From Vicinamibacteria bacterium (lineage in GTDB: Bacteria > Acidobacteriota > Vicinamibacteria > Vicinamibacterales > JAENWD01): a DNA stretch of 64,000 nucleotides. The notes under the pieces are model-generated. The model worked only from the letters and a program-made list of their open reading frames with translations. It was not told the DNA's origin and made no database searches. The stretch is from NCBI GenBank assembly GCA_963832135.1, contig CAWHTD010000026.1:252453-316452 (forward strand). The letters run 5' to 3'. Below, piece after piece: positions 9,710 to 19,732 of this stretch (its first letter is position 1; each line of letters starts with the position of its first letter). The position numbers and the translations under genes were made by a program.

Positions 9710-10606
9710 ATGCGCGTCCGACTTCGTTCACTGATCATGCCGCTTGTAGTCCTCGCCGGGTCGAGCGTCCTGTTCCTTCCGGTCCCGAGGGCATCGACCG
9801 AGGAGTCGCAGATTCGTCTCGTGGTGCAGGCTGACGATCTGGGCGCGGCGCATGGCGTGAACGTCGCCAGCCTGCTCGCGTACAGTCAGGGCATCGTCCG
9901 CACCGTCAACGTCATCATGCCGGCGCCCTGGACACCAGAGGCCGTACGGCTGCTCCTGCAGAATCCTGAGCTCGATGCCGGCGTGCACCTCGCGCTGACC
10001 AGCGAGTGGACGAGCGTCAAGTGGCGTCCCCTCACACGTGCACCGTCGCTGGTCGATCCGTATGGGAATTTCCTTCCGACGGTCTGGCCGAACGATCGCT
10101 TTCCACGGCGGAGCAGCCTGAAGGAGGCGTCTCCGAGCCTCACCGAAATCGAGCAGGAGCTGCGCGCGCAGATCGTATACGCGAAGCGAGCCATCCCGCA
10201 GCTGACGTACACGTGGAATCACATGGGGTTCGACTCGTTGTCTCCGGAGATTCGCGACCTGGTGAGCAGGCTGACGAAAGAGTACCGGCTGGTCACGCCG
10301 ATGGATCTTGGGGTGCAGTTTCTCGAACATGTGTACGAGGGCGAGGACACGGGCGACGTCAAGGCCGACAAGCTCGCCGCCAGGCTCGAGACGCTGGCGC
10401 CGGGCAACTGGCTGATGGTCGATCATGCGGCGACCGACACGCCCGAAATCCAGGCGCTCGGTCACCCAGGCTACGAGAATGTCGCCGCCGACCGGAGTGC
10501 GGTGCTCGAGGCCTGGACGAGCACGAAAGTCAGAGAGGTGGTGGCTCGGCGCCGAATCATCCTGACGAATTATCGTGAGCTCCTGCTGCGGCAGCGGCGG
10601 CCATAG
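9710..10606 (+). CDS. YdjC/ChbG-like carbohydrate deacetylase family protein (secreted)
   Basis: Signal peptide. The ..LVVQADDLGAAHGVN.. motif and later ..HLALTSEW.. resemble the YdjC family. Confidence 0.6.
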   Translation: MRVRLRSLIMPLVVLAGSSVLFLPVPRASTEESQIRLVVQADDLGAAHGVNVASLLAYSQGIVRTVNVIMPAPWTPEAVRLLLQNPELDAGVHLALTSEWTSVKWRPLTRAPSLVDPYGNFLPTVWPNDRFPRRSSLKEASPSLTEIEQELRAQIVYAKRAIPQLTYTWNHMGFDSLSPEIRDLVSRLTKEYRLVTPMDLGVQFLEHVYEGEDTGDVKADKLAARLETLAPGNWLMVDHAATDTPEIQALGHPGYENVAADRSAVLEAWTSTKVREVVARRRIILTNYRELLLRQRRP

Positions 10607-10662
10607 CCTCGCCACGTCGACCGGCCGTACGGCGCCGACTACAATACGCGGTAGGATTTTCC

Positions 10663-11601
10663 ATGCCACGAACGACCTCAACAGAAATTCCGCGACGCCC
10701 CTTCGGCACGACCGGCGAACAAGTCTCGATACTCGGCCTCGGCGGCTGGCATCTTGGCGTGCCGAAGACCGATCGCGACGCCGTGCGTCTGGTGCGCGAG
10801 GCCATCGATTCCGGCGTGACGTTCATGGACAACGCCTGGGACTACAACGACGGCGTGAGCGAGGAGCGCATGGGGAAGGCCTTGCAAGGCCGTCGCGACC
10901 AGGTGTTCCTGATGACGAAGCTGTGCACGCACGGACGCGACGGACGCACGGCGATGAGACAGCTCGAAGAATCCTTGCGGCGCCTCGGGACCGACCATCT
11001 CGACCTCTGGCAGATTCACGAGGTGGCGTTCGACGACGAGCCGCGGCGGCATTTCGCGAAAGGCGGGGCCGTCGAGGCGCTGGATCGCGCCCGCCAGCAG
11101 GGCAAAGTGCGATTCGTCGGCTTCACGGGACACAAGGATCCGGCGCTCCACCTGGAAATGCTTTCCTATGACTATGCGTGGGATAGCTGCCAACTTCCGC
11201 TGAACTGCTTCGACGGCTCGTTCCGGAGCTTCGAACAACGGGTGCTGCCCGAGCTCGCACGGAGGGGCATCGCGCCGATCGGCATGAAGAGCTTCTGCGG
11301 CGATGCCCGCGGGCTCAAGGCCAAGGCCGTCACACCGGCCGAGGCGCTCAGCTACGCGCTCAGCCTGCCGGTTGCCACGGTCGTAAGCGGCATGGAGTCT
11401 CCGCGCATCCTGCGGCAGAACGTCGCCATCGCGCGCGCCTTCCGATCCATGTCGGTGGCCGCGCAGCAGCGTCTGAGGCGACGCGTCGCCGGCCTGGCGG
11501 CTGACGGACGGTTCGAGCTGTACAAGATCTCGGCCGCGTTCGAAGGCGCCGAATCACGGCGGGTTCATGGTCTGCCGGCGCCTGGGGAAATGCCCGTCTA
11601 G
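10663..11601 (+). CDS. Aldo/keto reductase
   Basis: GLGGWHLG..FMDNAWDYNDGVSEE..GKAL..DLWQIHE pattern. Confidence 0.9.
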   Translation: MPRTTSTEIPRRPFGTTGEQVSILGLGGWHLGVPKTDRDAVRLVREAIDSGVTFMDNAWDYNDGVSEERMGKALQGRRDQVFLMTKLCTHGRDGRTAMRQLEESLRRLGTDHLDLWQIHEVAFDDEPRRHFAKGGAVEALDRARQQGKVRFVGFTGHKDPALHLEMLSYDYAWDSCQLPLNCFDGSFRSFEQRVLPELARRGIAPIGMKSFCGDARGLKAKAVTPAEALSYALSLPVATVVSGMESPRILRQNVAIARAFRSMSVAAQQRLRRRVAGLAADGRFELYKISAAFEGAESRRVHGLPAPGEMPV

Positions 11602-11652
11602 AACTCGAGAACTCGAGAATAGGAACCAGAGAATGGGAGACCTGGAGAAAAC
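11601..11652. repeat. GAGAA-word repeat (copy 2)
   Basis: GAACTCGAGAACTCGAGAATAGGAACCAGAGAATGGGAGACCTGGAGAAAAC, directly after the AKR stop. Confidence 0.75.
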
Positions 11653-11656
11653 GATT

Positions 11657-11680
11657 GTAGGCCCAAGCTTTAGCTTGGGC
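11657..11680 (+). repeat. REP-like hairpin (C-type, single)
   Basis: GTAG head + GCCCAAGC-TTTA-GCTTGGGC, a perfect 8-bp stem. Confidence 0.75.
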
Positions 11681-11734
11681 AAATCCGCTGGCTTCGCGAG
11701 CCGCGGATTCCGCCATCGTGACGGCGCCCGGGTC

Positions 11735-12706
11735 TTACGTACGCTGCGAATGCCACCGCCACGCGTGCTGGATGATGACGTCGAGCTCGGGGAACTGGCA
11801 CTGCCATCCGAGTTCGCTGCGAGCGCGGGACGGGTCGGCGACAAGTGACGCCGGATCTCCCGCCCGCCGCGGCGACTCCACGGCAGGCACCTGCCGGCCT
11901 CCCAGCCGCGCGACAGTGTCGACCACTTCTCTGACCGAATGGCCGCGGCCGGTGCCAAGGTTCACCGCCAGGCTGGGAGATCCCGCGTCCAGCCGCTCCA
12001 GCGCGCGAAGGTGCGCGTCGGCGAGATCCATCACGTGCACGTAGTCGCGGATGGCGGTGCCGTCCGGCGTGTCGTAATCGGTGCCGAAGATCTTTACAGC
12101 TGCGCGCGTGCCGAGCGCGGCACCGATCACCAGGGGAATCAGATGAGACTCCGGGTCGTGATCCTCGCCAATCGCTCCTTCGGGATCCGCACCCGCCGCA
12201 TTGAAGTACCGCAGCGCCGTCCAGCGCAGGCCGTAGCACTCGCCATACCAGCGGAGAATCCTCTCCACCATCAGCTTCGACTCGCCATAGGGGTTGACCG
12301 GCGACTGCGGATGCGACTCGTCGATGGGCACGCGAATCGGATTTCCGTACGTGGCGCACGTCGACGAGAACACGAACCGATCAACGCCCGCGCTCCGCAT
12401 GGCCTCGAGCAGATTGAGCGTGCCGACGGTATTGTTCCGAAAGTACTTCGCGGGATCGCTCATCGATTCGCCGACCAGCGCGCTCGCGGCAAAGTGAATC
12501 ACCGCGTCGAGACCCTGGCGCGCAAACACGTCTCCCAGCCGATCAGGATCCGACAGAGTGCCCCGCTCGAGCGGCCCCCACTTCACGGCCCAGTCGTGGC
12601 CCTGGCTCATGTCGTCGAACACGACCGGTGTGTGCCCCGACGCGGCGAGGAGCTTCGCCGTGTGACTGCCGATATACCCCGCGCCGCCCGTGACGAGAAT
12701 GCGCAT
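11735..12706 (-). CDS. galE: UDP-glucose (UDP-hexose/pentose) 4-epimerase
   Basis: MRILVTGGAGYIGSH.., SSTCATYG and extended-SDR epimerase features. Confidence 0.9.
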   Translation of the reverse strand: MRILVTGGAGYIGSHTAKLLAASGHTPVVFDDMSQGHDWAVKWGPLERGTLSDPDRLGDVFARQGLDAVIHFAASALVGESMSDPAKYFRNNTVGTLNLLEAMRSAGVDRFVFSSTCATYGNPIRVPIDESHPQSPVNPYGESKLMVERILRWYGECYGLRWTALRYFNAAGADPEGAIGEDHDPESHLIPLVIGAALGTRAAVKIFGTDYDTPDGTAIRDYVHVMDLADAHLRALERLDAGSPSLAVNLGTGRGHSVREVVDTVARLGGRQVPAVESPRRAGDPASLVADPSRARSELGWQCQFPELDVIIQHAWRWHSQRT

Positions 12707-12715
12707 TGAGTGATT

Positions 12716-14194
12716 CTATTTGGTGGAGACGCCGCCCGCATTCACCGTCATCACCCCGACGGCCGCCGAGCCGGGCGACGAGCCTTCGAAGACGTAAGCC
12801 GCGCGTCCAGTCTGCTCCGAGTAGGCGGCGGCAATCTCGCGCACACGCGGGCCGGCGTGACGGTGTCCGAGAATCGCGACGGTGCCGCCGCTCCCGCCGC
12901 CTGTGATCTTTGCCCCGAAGATCCCCTCAGCGGGGCCGGCGCTCCGTGCCAGCGCGACCAACATGTCGGTGCCCTCCGATCCGAGGCCACAGGCCGAGTA
13001 GCTCGCGTGCGACTGATACATCAGCGCGCCGAGACGCCGCGCGACGGCTTCCTCCTTCGAGCAGCCGTGGTCCGCATCGGACTCGACGCTCGTCCCGACG
13101 GGCGACTCGCCCGATCGCAGAAGATCCGCCCACTCGCTGACTCGCTCGTGCTCGTAAATCGGGTGCGCCGTGGGTTTCCAGACCGCATAGGTGCGGCTTG
13201 GATCGACGCGTGTCACAGAGTCCGTCGTCCCCGCGTATCGCGACAAGAAGGCCTCGCCGTTCAGTGTGCCGGGTAGGTCGTGCTCGTATTCCAGGAACGT
13301 CAGGGCGCCAACGTTCGCAAGATAGCCGTGCCAGCGAGGGTCCTCGACGTGAACGTGACCGCTGCGATCGCCAGGAGCCGTGTGGAACCCGGCAAGGTCA
13401 GAAATGATGCGGTAGCCCATGAATGCCCCTACGCGCACCGCACCGTAGTCGGCGCCCGTGACGGCATGGCGTATTCCGGAATCGATACCCCACACGGCGA
13501 GGCCTGGAGGCATCGCAATCGTGCCCTGGAATTCCGCCGGCTGACAGAGCAGCGCCATCAAACTGTCTCGTTCACCGCAGATGGCGGCCATCTGATCCAT
13601 CACTCCACAGGGCGCCCCTACGACGAGATTTTCGACCTGCTGGCACCGGATCGCGCGAATCCGCGGCGAAATCGTGAGGCTCCAGGCTTCGACGACCGCC
13701 TCCATGGTGGCGGCCTCGAGGGCCGCAGACGAGCTGACGCCCTTGCCCTCCGGTACGTCGGATTCGATGAGCAGCGTGGCGCCGTCTGAAAAGTGCGCGT
13801 CGTGCTCGCGGGCCAGCACGTGGAACACGCCGGCAACGTAAGCGGCCCAGTGCCGAGCGGGATCCGCCGCGAACCACGACCGGACCTCGTCGTACGACCG
13901 GCGCCCATCGGCCACGACGGCAAGCGGCACGTGCAGGCGTCGCGAGTCGCCGCTTTGGCCGTGCGACACGATTTCCAGGATTGGCTCCGGGCGCCGCTGC
14001 AGGGCGACGCGCGTGGCTTCGCGAATCGGCCACTGGAGCACGAGCGATCCCGAGTAGTCTGCAATGCCGCCCATCACGTCGAGACGCCCCGGGGCCCTCG
14101 ACAGATACACCGGGCCGCCGCGCATGCCACTGCCCGCCGCAAGATCGGCACGCACGCGCTCCGCACACTCAACGAGATCGGACGGGGCGGTCAT
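12716..14194 (-). CDS. GHMP-family sugar-1-kinase (galactokinase/L-arabinokinase-like)
   Basis: [22 protein letters not shown]-terminal signature and GHMP ATP loop [15 protein letters not shown]. The start overlaps the upstream stop (ATGA). Confidence 0.8.
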   Translation of the reverse strand: MTAPSDLVECAERVRADLAAGSGMRGGPVYLSRAPGRLDVMGGIADYSGSLVLQWPIREATRVALQRRPEPILEIVSHGQSGDSRRLHVPLAVVADGRRSYDEVRSWFAADPARHWAAYVAGVFHVLAREHDAHFSDGATLLIESDVPEGKGVSSSAALEAATMEAVVEAWSLTISPRIRAIRCQQVENLVVGAPCGVMDQMAAICGERDSLMALLCQPAEFQGTIAMPPGLAVWGIDSGIRHAVTGADYGAVRVGAFMGYRIISDLAGFHTAPGDRSGHVHVEDPRWHGYLANVGALTFLEYEHDLPGTLNGEAFLSRYAGTTDSVTRVDPSRTYAVWKPTAHPIYEHERVSEWADLLRSGESPVGTSVESDADHGCSKEEAVARRLGALMYQSHASYSACGLGSEGTDMLVALARSAGPAEGIFGAKITGGGSGGTVAILGHRHAGPRVREIAAAYSEQTGRAAYVFEGSSPGSAAVGVMTVNAGGVSTK

Positions 14195-15222
14195 TCGATC
14201 AAGCCCCTGCGGCGAAGCGCCTGATGGAGGACCGGTTCAATCAGCTGTCGCAGTTGCTCGTTCGCGTAGCCCACCCAGGCGATGTCCGAACTGACGTCCA
14301 GCGGCGAGTCGAGCGTTCCGCCGCGCTCGTCGGTGACGACAACACCCAGCTCTCGAGCAATGAGCTCCGTGCAGAGATCGTAGGGATGACAGCAAAGTGC
14401 CGGGCCGTCGGCGCCGTGGCGCCGCTCGAACAGCGGACGCAAATCGGCGATGAAGCGATCGTGCCCGGCCATCAGTTCGTAGAGCTGCCCGCCGCTCGAG
14501 ATGTATTGATCCTCGAACAATTGCGCTTTTCCCGGCTGCGGCGGCCCCAGCACCGCTTCGACGATCTCGTCGTCCAGGGCCGCGAGCTCGGCGCGAATTC
14601 CCGGGAAGAACCGCGCGATCATCGCAAAGCCGTGCGCGATGGTCGCCGACGTCGACGGACGAAGCGGCAGAGCGGAGCGAGCGCCGGTGAGACGGTTCGC
14701 GCGGGCACCCTGGACGCCAGTGCCGCGTACGGCCCAGAGCTCGTCGCACAGGTGCTGCTTAACGAGAGGGATCTCGGTCTGGACCGCCAATTCAATGTCG
14801 GAAAGGACAGGCTGGACAGGTTGGACGGAATTGTCGGCTTGGGCGGGTTGGTGACGGGCCACACCTGTCAGTATCCATCCCGGCCGCTTCTGGTACATCA
14901 ACCCTCGCGTGCCGTCGATCGGATCGACGATGATCGTCCAGGCCGCGCGGGATTCGTCGGCGCCCTGGGGCACGACCACGCGCCCGCCTGGCAGCCCTTC
15001 GGCGACGAGGATCACCGGATCCGCTGTTGTGGCAATCGTACGATCGATTTCCTCCACCAACATGTGCTCGGCGACGCGATCGATGGCGTAGATGGTGTCG
15101 CCCTCGGCGTCACTGGCGACGCGCGACAGCGATTCGAACGCCGCCTGCTCGCACGAGGCCATCACGTCGGCGCGGATCCGCCGATGCAGCGCGAGTATGG
15201 GCTCGAGAAGCGGGTGCGTCAC
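14191..15222 (-). CDS. Inositol-monophosphatase/FBPase-superfamily protein
   Basis: GTG 15222 overlaps the galT stop (GTGA). DPIDGTRG metal-binding motif is present. The longer ORF to 15462 overlaps galT and is trimmed. Confidence 0.7.
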   Translation of the reverse strand: MTHPLLEPILALHRRIRADVMASCEQAAFESLSRVASDAEGDTIYAIDRVAEHMLVEEIDRTIATTADPVILVAEGLPGGRVVVPQGADESRAAWTIIVDPIDGTRGLMYQKRPGWILTGVARHQPAQADNSVQPVQPVLSDIELAVQTEIPLVKQHLCDELWAVRGTGVQGARANRLTGARSALPLRPSTSATIAHGFAMIARFFPGIRAELAALDDEIVEAVLGPPQPGKAQLFEDQYISSGGQLYELMAGHDRFIADLRPLFERRHGADGPALCCHPYDLCTELIARELGVVVTDERGGTLDSPLDVSSDIAWVGYANEQLRQLIEPVLHQALRRRGLIE

Positions 15223-16250
15223 CTGATCCCCGCCGACTTGTAGTGCTGACCGCCGGCGGCGATGAGCTCCATGGCTTTCTCTTCTGCCGACGTGTCGCTG
15301 AGGAAGTTGCCGCCCCCAATCTCCGGCCCCGCGAGATACTTCAGCAGGTTGGGCCGGCGAAGCGGTGGGTGGAACTCGATGTGAAAGTGAAACCCAGCGC
15401 TCGAGGCACCCTTCACCGGCGCCTGGTGCAGCGCCATCACGTATGGGAACGGCATGCGCCACAGGTTGTCGAATCGGACGACGACATCCCGCAGCACCGA
15501 TGCAAGGTCGCGCCTCTCCTCGTCGTCCAGGTCGGCGATCGTGGCCACGCTGCGTACGGGCGCGACGTACACCTCGTAGGCATAACGGGCAAAGTACGGC
15601 ACGAACGCCACCGCGCTCTCCTGCTCGCTCACGATGCGCCGGCCGTCCTGCCGCTCGGCCGAGAGGATGTCCTGGAAGAGGACGCGGCCCGTATCGGCGC
15701 GGTGACGATCGCCAACGCGAAGCTCCGTCTCGATGTATTTGAAGACGAAGTTCGTGGCGTAGATCTGACAGTGCGGATGAGGATTGCTCACGCCGACCGC
15801 TTCACCCTTGTTCTCGAAAATCAGGACGAAGAGTACGTCGGAATGCGCCGCCAGGCTGCGCATCTGATCCTGCCAGGTGGCGAGGAGCGCGTCGACCCCA
15901 TCGACTTCGAGCTCAGCTAGCGTGATGTCGTGCCGGGGGCTGTAACAGACGACGCGTGCGACGCCGGTCGCCGGCCCGTTGCGGTAGATACCCGCCGCGG
16001 GCGCAATCACGCGCGGCGCCTCGGGACCAACGCAGGGATGATCGTTGTCGAAGACGAAGGTGCCCGCATAGTCCGGATTCACCCGTCCGCTGACGCGAGG
16101 ATTGCCCGGACATAGATAGCAGGCCGGATCGTAGGGAGGCGGCGTCACCACTCGTGGCCCGACTTCCGCCCCCGACCATGGGCGAGACTGCCGGTGCGCG
16201 GCGACAATCACCCACTCCTCTCGCAGTGGATGCCATCTCTGCTCCCACAT
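15219..16250 (-). CDS. galT: Galactose-1-phosphate uridylyltransferase (class I HIT-type)
   Basis: CYLCPGN zinc site, active-site [11 protein letters not shown], 343 aa. Confidence 0.9.
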   Translation of the reverse strand: MWEQRWHPLREEWVIVAAHRQSRPWSGAEVGPRVVTPPPYDPACYLCPGNPRVSGRVNPDYAGTFVFDNDHPCVGPEAPRVIAPAAGIYRNGPATGVARVVCYSPRHDITLAELEVDGVDALLATWQDQMRSLAAHSDVLFVLIFENKGEAVGVSNPHPHCQIYATNFVFKYIETELRVGDRHRADTGRVLFQDILSAERQDGRRIVSEQESAVAFVPYFARYAYEVYVAPVRSVATIADLDDEERRDLASVLRDVVVRFDNLWRMPFPYVMALHQAPVKGASSAGFHFHIEFHPPLRRPNLLKYLAGPEIGGGNFLSDTSAEEKAMELIAAGGQHYKSAGIR

Positions 16251-16312
16251 CCGGACGATGGTATATCAGGCTGCGGGCTTCAGGCTCCGGGCTCCAGGCT
16301 TCGGGTCCGACG

Positions 16313-16900
16313 TCATTTCGGACTGACGTCGGTCCAGATGCCGAGACCCGAGGCTTGTGCTTCCTGTTCGAGGCGCTTGAATTCCTGCTCATGCGCGAAC
16401 GGCTGCGAGGTATCCACGCGCGCTCTGCCCCGCCGCAGCATTTCGGCGTTCACGAGGGTATCGTCCGGCAGAAAGACATAGGCACCCGAGGCATTCTTCT
16501 CGCCCGCAATGGTGTCGAATTGCAATCGAACCGTCTTGCCGAGGACGAGTTCCTGGAGGAGCGTGCGGGAGGGCCGATCCGGCTTCAGGTCGAGCCCGCC
16601 ACTGATGACGGGCGGCGGAGGCGTGTCGGGGCCTGTGCGCGGCTGCGGCGGAGGCGTCGTGCCGCGGCCCACGCGCAAGGCAGACTCGTCGGTGCTGCGG
16701 ATGCCGAGCAGCCGGACCTTGCCAACCCCTTCGATGACCACGGTATCGCCGCTGGGGACTTTTGTGACGACTTGTGCGTGTGCCGTTGTCACAAAGGTCA
16801 GCCACAGCAGAGCGGCGCCACTTAGAGCTGCGGAAATCCTCACCCCCTCATCGTACCCGAAAGGAGCCGCGCGGGAGCTGGACCGGACGAAACCGGGCAA
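16313..16900 (-). CDS. Secreted thermonuclease (SNase-like) family protein
   Basis: Signal peptide ..TTAHAQ; GDTVVIEG..VRLLGI..; C-terminal ..EQEAQASGLGIW; Pro-rich insert. The true start may be the internal GTG near 16843. Confidence 0.7.
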   Translation of the reverse strand: MPGFVRSSSRAAPFGYDEGVRISAALSGAALLWLTFVTTAHAQVVTKVPSGDTVVIEGVGKVRLLGIRSTDESALRVGRGTTPPPQPRTGPDTPPPPVISGGLDLKPDRPSRTLLQELVLGKTVRLQFDTIAGEKNASGAYVFLPDDTLVNAEMLRRGRARVDTSQPFAHEQEFKRLEQEAQASGLGIWTDVSPK

Positions 16901-16927
16901 CGCCAGCGGGGCGCATTGCCATGCCCC

Positions 16928-19354
16928 CTACTCCTGTCGGAGCGCAACCATGGGGTCGACCGACGCGGCGCGGCGGGCCGGGATGAAGCAGGCTATCAAC
17001 GCAGAGCCGAGCAGAGCGATCGCGACAACGCTGAACGCCCATGGATCCATCGCGCCAACGCCATACCACATGCCCTGCATCGCGCGGCCGACCCCATACG
17101 CGCCCGCCGTACCGAGGACCACGCCCACCAGTGCCGTGACCATGCCTTCGCGCAGGACCTGCCGCACGACGCGGCCTCTTCCGGCGCCAAGCGCCATGCG
17201 CAGGCCGATTTCGTGGGTCCGCTGCGCCACTACGAACGACATGACCCCGTAGATGCCAAAAGAGGCCAGCAAGAGCGCGACGGCCGCAAACGCACCGAAG
17301 AGCGCCGTGTTGAATCGATCGCTCGCCATCGACTCGTTAATGATCTGGTCCATGGTTCTCACGTTCGCCATTGGCAGGTCGGAATCGACGGACCGAAGGA
17401 CGGCCGCGATGCTCTGCTGGACGCTTCCGGGATCACCCGCCGTCCGTATGGCGATTGACGCGCCCGGCCACGGACTCTGCAAAAATGGCACGTTGATCTC
17501 CGGAAATCCCTCCTCGAGCCTCGGCCCGCCGTTCCTCACATGGCGCGCGACGCCGACAATCCGCCACTCGACCGGTGGTCCCAATCGGGTAACGCCGGGA
17601 ATCAGCGGCTCGATGCTCAGGCGCAGGGTCAGCGGGTCGCGCCCCGGGAGATACCGCTTCACGAATCGCTCGTTCACGATGGCAACAGGCAGCGAGCCGG
17701 CCCTGTCCTCGCTCGTGAACGCGCGTCCCTTGATCATCTCGATACCGAAGGTCCGGTAGTACTCGGGCGAGACCATGCTGAATCCTGCCCCAGGCCGCGC
17801 ACCCGGATCGCTGAGGGGCTTGTCGCCGACGATCGTGAAGCGCATGCCAAAATTGGTGCCGACGACGGGCATGCCAGTGGAGACAGATGCAGAGACGACA
17901 CCAGGAACCGCCTGCACTCTTTCGAGGACCTGATTGTAAAAGCCCCAGATCTGCTCCGGCGTCGTCAGCCGGCCGGCCGGCACGGGCACGTCGAATGTGA
18001 GCAGGCGTTCGGTTCGAAATCCAAGATCGACGTCTGCCAGCTTCATCAGGCTGTGAATCGCCAACCCGCCGCCGGCGAGGAGGCTCAGCGCGAGCGCGAA
18101 CTCCACGACCACGAGCGCGCGACGGAGCCGGTGACGTCCGCTGCTGACGGCGCGCCCGGTTTCCTTGAGCATGTCGTTCACGTTCGCTCTCGCTGCCTGC
18201 CACGCGGGCGCGCACCCGAACAGCACGCCCGACAATCCGCACGCGGCCAGCGAAAACAACAGGACCGGAACGTTCAGCCGCACGTCGGCTTCCGATGGAA
18301 GGGTGAACGGCGGCATCAAGGCCATGATGCCGTCGAGCATCAGGCCAGCGAGCGCCACGCCCAGGACGCCTCCGATCGCCGCCAGCACGACGCTCTCGGT
18401 AAGCAGCTGCCGGAACAGCCGAGAGCCGGCGGCTCCCATAGAAGCGCGAACCGCCAGCTCCCGCTGCCTGGCGGTCCCGCGGGCGAGCAGCAGGTTCGCG
18501 ACATTCACGCACGCGATGAGCAACACGAACCCGACCGCGCCGAGGAGCAGCCACAACGCCGTCTTCGTCTCCTGGCTGAGGAAGTTGTTCTTCAGTGGCT
18601 CGACGCTGGCGCTCCACCCTTTGTTCGACGCGGGATAGGCTTCGGCCATCTTGCGCGTCACGGCCTCCATCTCGGCGTTTGCCTGCGCGATCGAAATGCC
18701 AGTCTTCAAGCGTCCCATGACCAGCAGCCAATGGAAGTCGTGGTTGATCTGGTCGGGCGCGAACGCCAACGGAAGATAGATCCGGGATTGCATGCGGTCG
18801 GCCTGACCGGCCGCAAGGACACCGACGACGGTGTACGGCTTCGCGTCGACGCGAATCTGGCGACCGACGATTGCCGGATCACCCGCGAAGCGTTCTTGCC
18901 AGAGCTGGTGCGTGAGAATGACGACCTGATTGCGCCCGACCTGTCCCTCCTCCGGCAGAAAATCGCGGCCCTGGGCGATGGGTGTACCCGTCATCGAAAG
19001 GAACCCCGGCGTCGTCGTGGATGCCAACACCTGTTCCGGTCGATTCGAGGTCGCGAGATTCACACTGCCGCCGGTCCAGGCATTCAGGCCTTGAAACGCC
19101 GTGGTTCGCCGCTTCCAATCGAGAAAGTCTCCTGCCGCCGACACGTTGCGGATTCCCTGCACTCGCGACCAGACCATGACGAGCTGGTCTGGCTGCGGAT
19201 ACGGCAGCGGGGCCAGCAGCGTCGCGTAGACCACACTGAAGATTGCGGTGGTCGCGCCGATGCCGAGTGCGAGTGCGAGGACCGCCACGGCGGCGAATCC
19301 GGGATTTCTGCGCAGCAGCCGAAGGCCGAATCGAACATCTCGCCAGAAGGTCAT
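16928..19354 (-). CDS. ADOP-family duplicated MacB/FtsX-type permease
   Basis: 808 aa. N-terminus MTFWRDVRFGLRLLRRNPGFAAVAVLALALGIGATTAIFS, followed by two FtsX-like 4-TM modules with large periplasmic domains. Confidence 0.9.
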   Translation of the reverse strand: MTFWRDVRFGLRLLRRNPGFAAVAVLALALGIGATTAIFSVVYATLLAPLPYPQPDQLVMVWSRVQGIRNVSAAGDFLDWKRRTTAFQGLNAWTGGSVNLATSNRPEQVLASTTTPGFLSMTGTPIAQGRDFLPEEGQVGRNQVVILTHQLWQERFAGDPAIVGRQIRVDAKPYTVVGVLAAGQADRMQSRIYLPLAFAPDQINHDFHWLLVMGRLKTGISIAQANAEMEAVTRKMAEAYPASNKGWSASVEPLKNNFLSQETKTALWLLLGAVGFVLLIACVNVANLLLARGTARQRELAVRASMGAAGSRLFRQLLTESVVLAAIGGVLGVALAGLMLDGIMALMPPFTLPSEADVRLNVPVLLFSLAACGLSGVLFGCAPAWQAARANVNDMLKETGRAVSSGRHRLRRALVVVEFALALSLLAGGGLAIHSLMKLADVDLGFRTERLLTFDVPVPAGRLTTPEQIWGFYNQVLERVQAVPGVVSASVSTGMPVVGTNFGMRFTIVGDKPLSDPGARPGAGFSMVSPEYYRTFGIEMIKGRAFTSEDRAGSLPVAIVNERFVKRYLPGRDPLTLRLSIEPLIPGVTRLGPPVEWRIVGVARHVRNGGPRLEEGFPEINVPFLQSPWPGASIAIRTAGDPGSVQQSIAAVLRSVDSDLPMANVRTMDQIINESMASDRFNTALFGAFAAVALLLASFGIYGVMSFVVAQRTHEIGLRMALGAGRGRVVRQVLREGMVTALVGVVLGTAGAYGVGRAMQGMWYGVGAMDPWAFSVVAIALLGSALIACFIPARRAASVDPMVALRQE

Positions 19355-19394
19355 AGTTAGTTCCCTGAGTATGAGCGCTCGTGGCGTTCACGCC

Positions 19395-19560
19395 TGTGGA
19401 GGCATCGCGATATGGAAGCGGCGCGAGGTACGTCGCGTAGATGACGCTGAAGATCGCGGTGTTGGCAGCGATGCCCAGCGCCAGGACGGCGACAGCGGTG
19501 AAGCCGGGATTTCTCCGGCAGGAGTCGAAGTCCGAACCGAGCGTCGGGCAGGACCTGAAA
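19395..19560 (-). pseudogene. 5' remnant of a second ADOP permease gene (about 55 codons, frameshifted and truncated)
   Basis: Two minus-strand frames read ..LPDARFGLRLL | RRNPGFTAVAVLALGIAANTAIFSVIYATYLAPLPYRD. This is homologous at both protein and nucleotide level to the N-terminus of 16928-19354. Confidence 0.65.
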
Positions 19561-19732
19561 ACAATAGACACCGTCCTGGTCGGCAAATGCGGGGCAACTG
19601 CCGTACCGAGGGTTGGACGGAGAGCGGAACCCGAATGTTGGCCGCATTTGCCGGAAATTCACAAACAGGCTCAGGACGAGTGTCCGGAATCGGAGGCGGG
19701 GTGTTCACTCGTGGGATTAAGATTGATCCGAT

